DNA from: a bacterium
GTDB lineage: Bacteria > UBA8248
NCBI GenBank assembly: GCA_965213625.1
Contig: CBDBZU010000004.1
Coordinates: forward strand, 704,001 to 768,000
Reading direction: 5' to 3'
Length of the DNA: 64,000 nt
The notes beneath the pieces were generated by a model. It was given only the letters and a program-made list of their open reading frames with translations, had not been told where the DNA came from and ran no database searches. A program made the translations under genes and the position numbers. Below are positions 63,297 through 64,000 of the stretch, in pieces; within the stretch, counting starts at the first letter, position 1, and each line of letters opens with the position of its first letter.

Positions 63297-64000
63297 ATGA
63301 ACCAGAACGCACCGGATAACAAGCAGGTCAAACGCCGTGATTTTCTGAAAATAGGAGCGGGCGCCGCCGCCGGGGCGGGGCTGTTGCCGCTCCTGAAATA
63401 CCTGCCCGCCGAAGCAGCAGCGGGCCGCGACACGCTCGTGGTCGTGATCGGAAACGGCCCCAACAGCATGGACATCCACAGGAAGGGAACCAACCGTCCG
63501 AGCTACCAGGTCGCCGTGAACATCTACGATCGACTCGTCACCTATGGGCGCAAGAAGCTGCCCGACGGCAACGTGATGTACGACTACCAGAAGATAGAAC
63601 CGGAACTGGCGGAATCCTGGAGCTTTGCGCCCGACGGCATGTCCGTCACCTTCAAGATTCGCAAAGACGCCAGGTTCCACGACGGAAAACCCGTCACCGC
63701 CCATGACGTGAAATGGTCTTTCGACCGCGCGGTCTCGCTCGGTGGCTTCCCTGCCGTGCAGATGAAGGCGGGTTCGCTCATCAAGCCCGAGCAGTTCGTC
63801 GCCGTGGATAAGCACACCTTCAAAATCAACTTTATCCGCAAGAGCAAGCTCACGCTGCCCGACCTGGGCGTTCCCGTGCCCCTCATCATCAATTCGGCCG
63901 CCGCCAAGGCCAAAGCCACGAAGAGCGATCCGTGGGCAACCGGGTATTTGCACAAAAATCCGCAAGGTGGCGGGGCCTTCAAACTGGGGCGTTGGAAACC
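63297..64000 (+). CDS. Tat-exported ABC substrate-binding protein, family 5 (partial, runs off the window)
   Basis: Translated by hand: MNQNAPDNKQVKRRDFLK (twin Arg), NIYDRLV, PELAESW...DG..VTF.IR.DARFHDG.PVTA.DV.WS. Confidence 0.9.
   Translation, partial: MNQNAPDNKQVKRRDFLKIGAGAAAGAGLLPLLKYLPAEAAAGRDTLVVVIGNGPNSMDIHRKGTNRPSYQVAVNIYDRLVTYGRKKLPDGNVMYDYQKIEPELAESWSFAPDGMSVTFKIRKDARFHDGKPVTAHDVKWSFDRAVSLGGFPAVQMKAGSLIKPEQFVAVDKHTFKINFIRKSKLTLPDLGVPVPLIINSAAAKAKATKSDPWATGYLHKNPQGGGAFKLGRWK

Overview
GC-rich bacterial chromosome segment. The 16S and gene content suggest a Nitrospinota/Tectomicrobia/deltaproteobacterial-grade lineage, possibly host-associated (inference only). It opens with a minus-strand rRNA operon (tandem sigma70 promoters, 16S, tRNA-Ile, tRNA-Ala, 23S running off the left edge). 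The rest is mostly catabolic and transport genes (amt, aminotransferases, FAH, CoA-transferase III, Liv-type ABC transporter, hydantoinase A/B, many alpha/beta hydrolases) plus gpmI, ctpA, csaA and rimO. The main signal missed by the ORF track is four genes split by an in-frame TGA at a redox-motif position, each followed by a SECIS-like hairpin, i.e. probable selenoproteins: an AhpD/CMD-like CxxU protein with a tandem paralog lacking the motif, two UGSC proteins each paired with a DGLPV(V/I)PPT partner, and an orphan PrdB/GrdB-like UxxC protein. Several AT-rich inserts are present, including a three-gene operon with a proteasome-beta-like Ntn hydrolase interrupted by one TAG, and an XRE + DUF4258-like + duplicated-domain operon. 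An IS1182-family element sits in the loop of a palindromic repeat, GTAG-type REP clusters occur, and a lipoprotein autotransporter-like gene carries a passenger duplicated in the adjacent gene.
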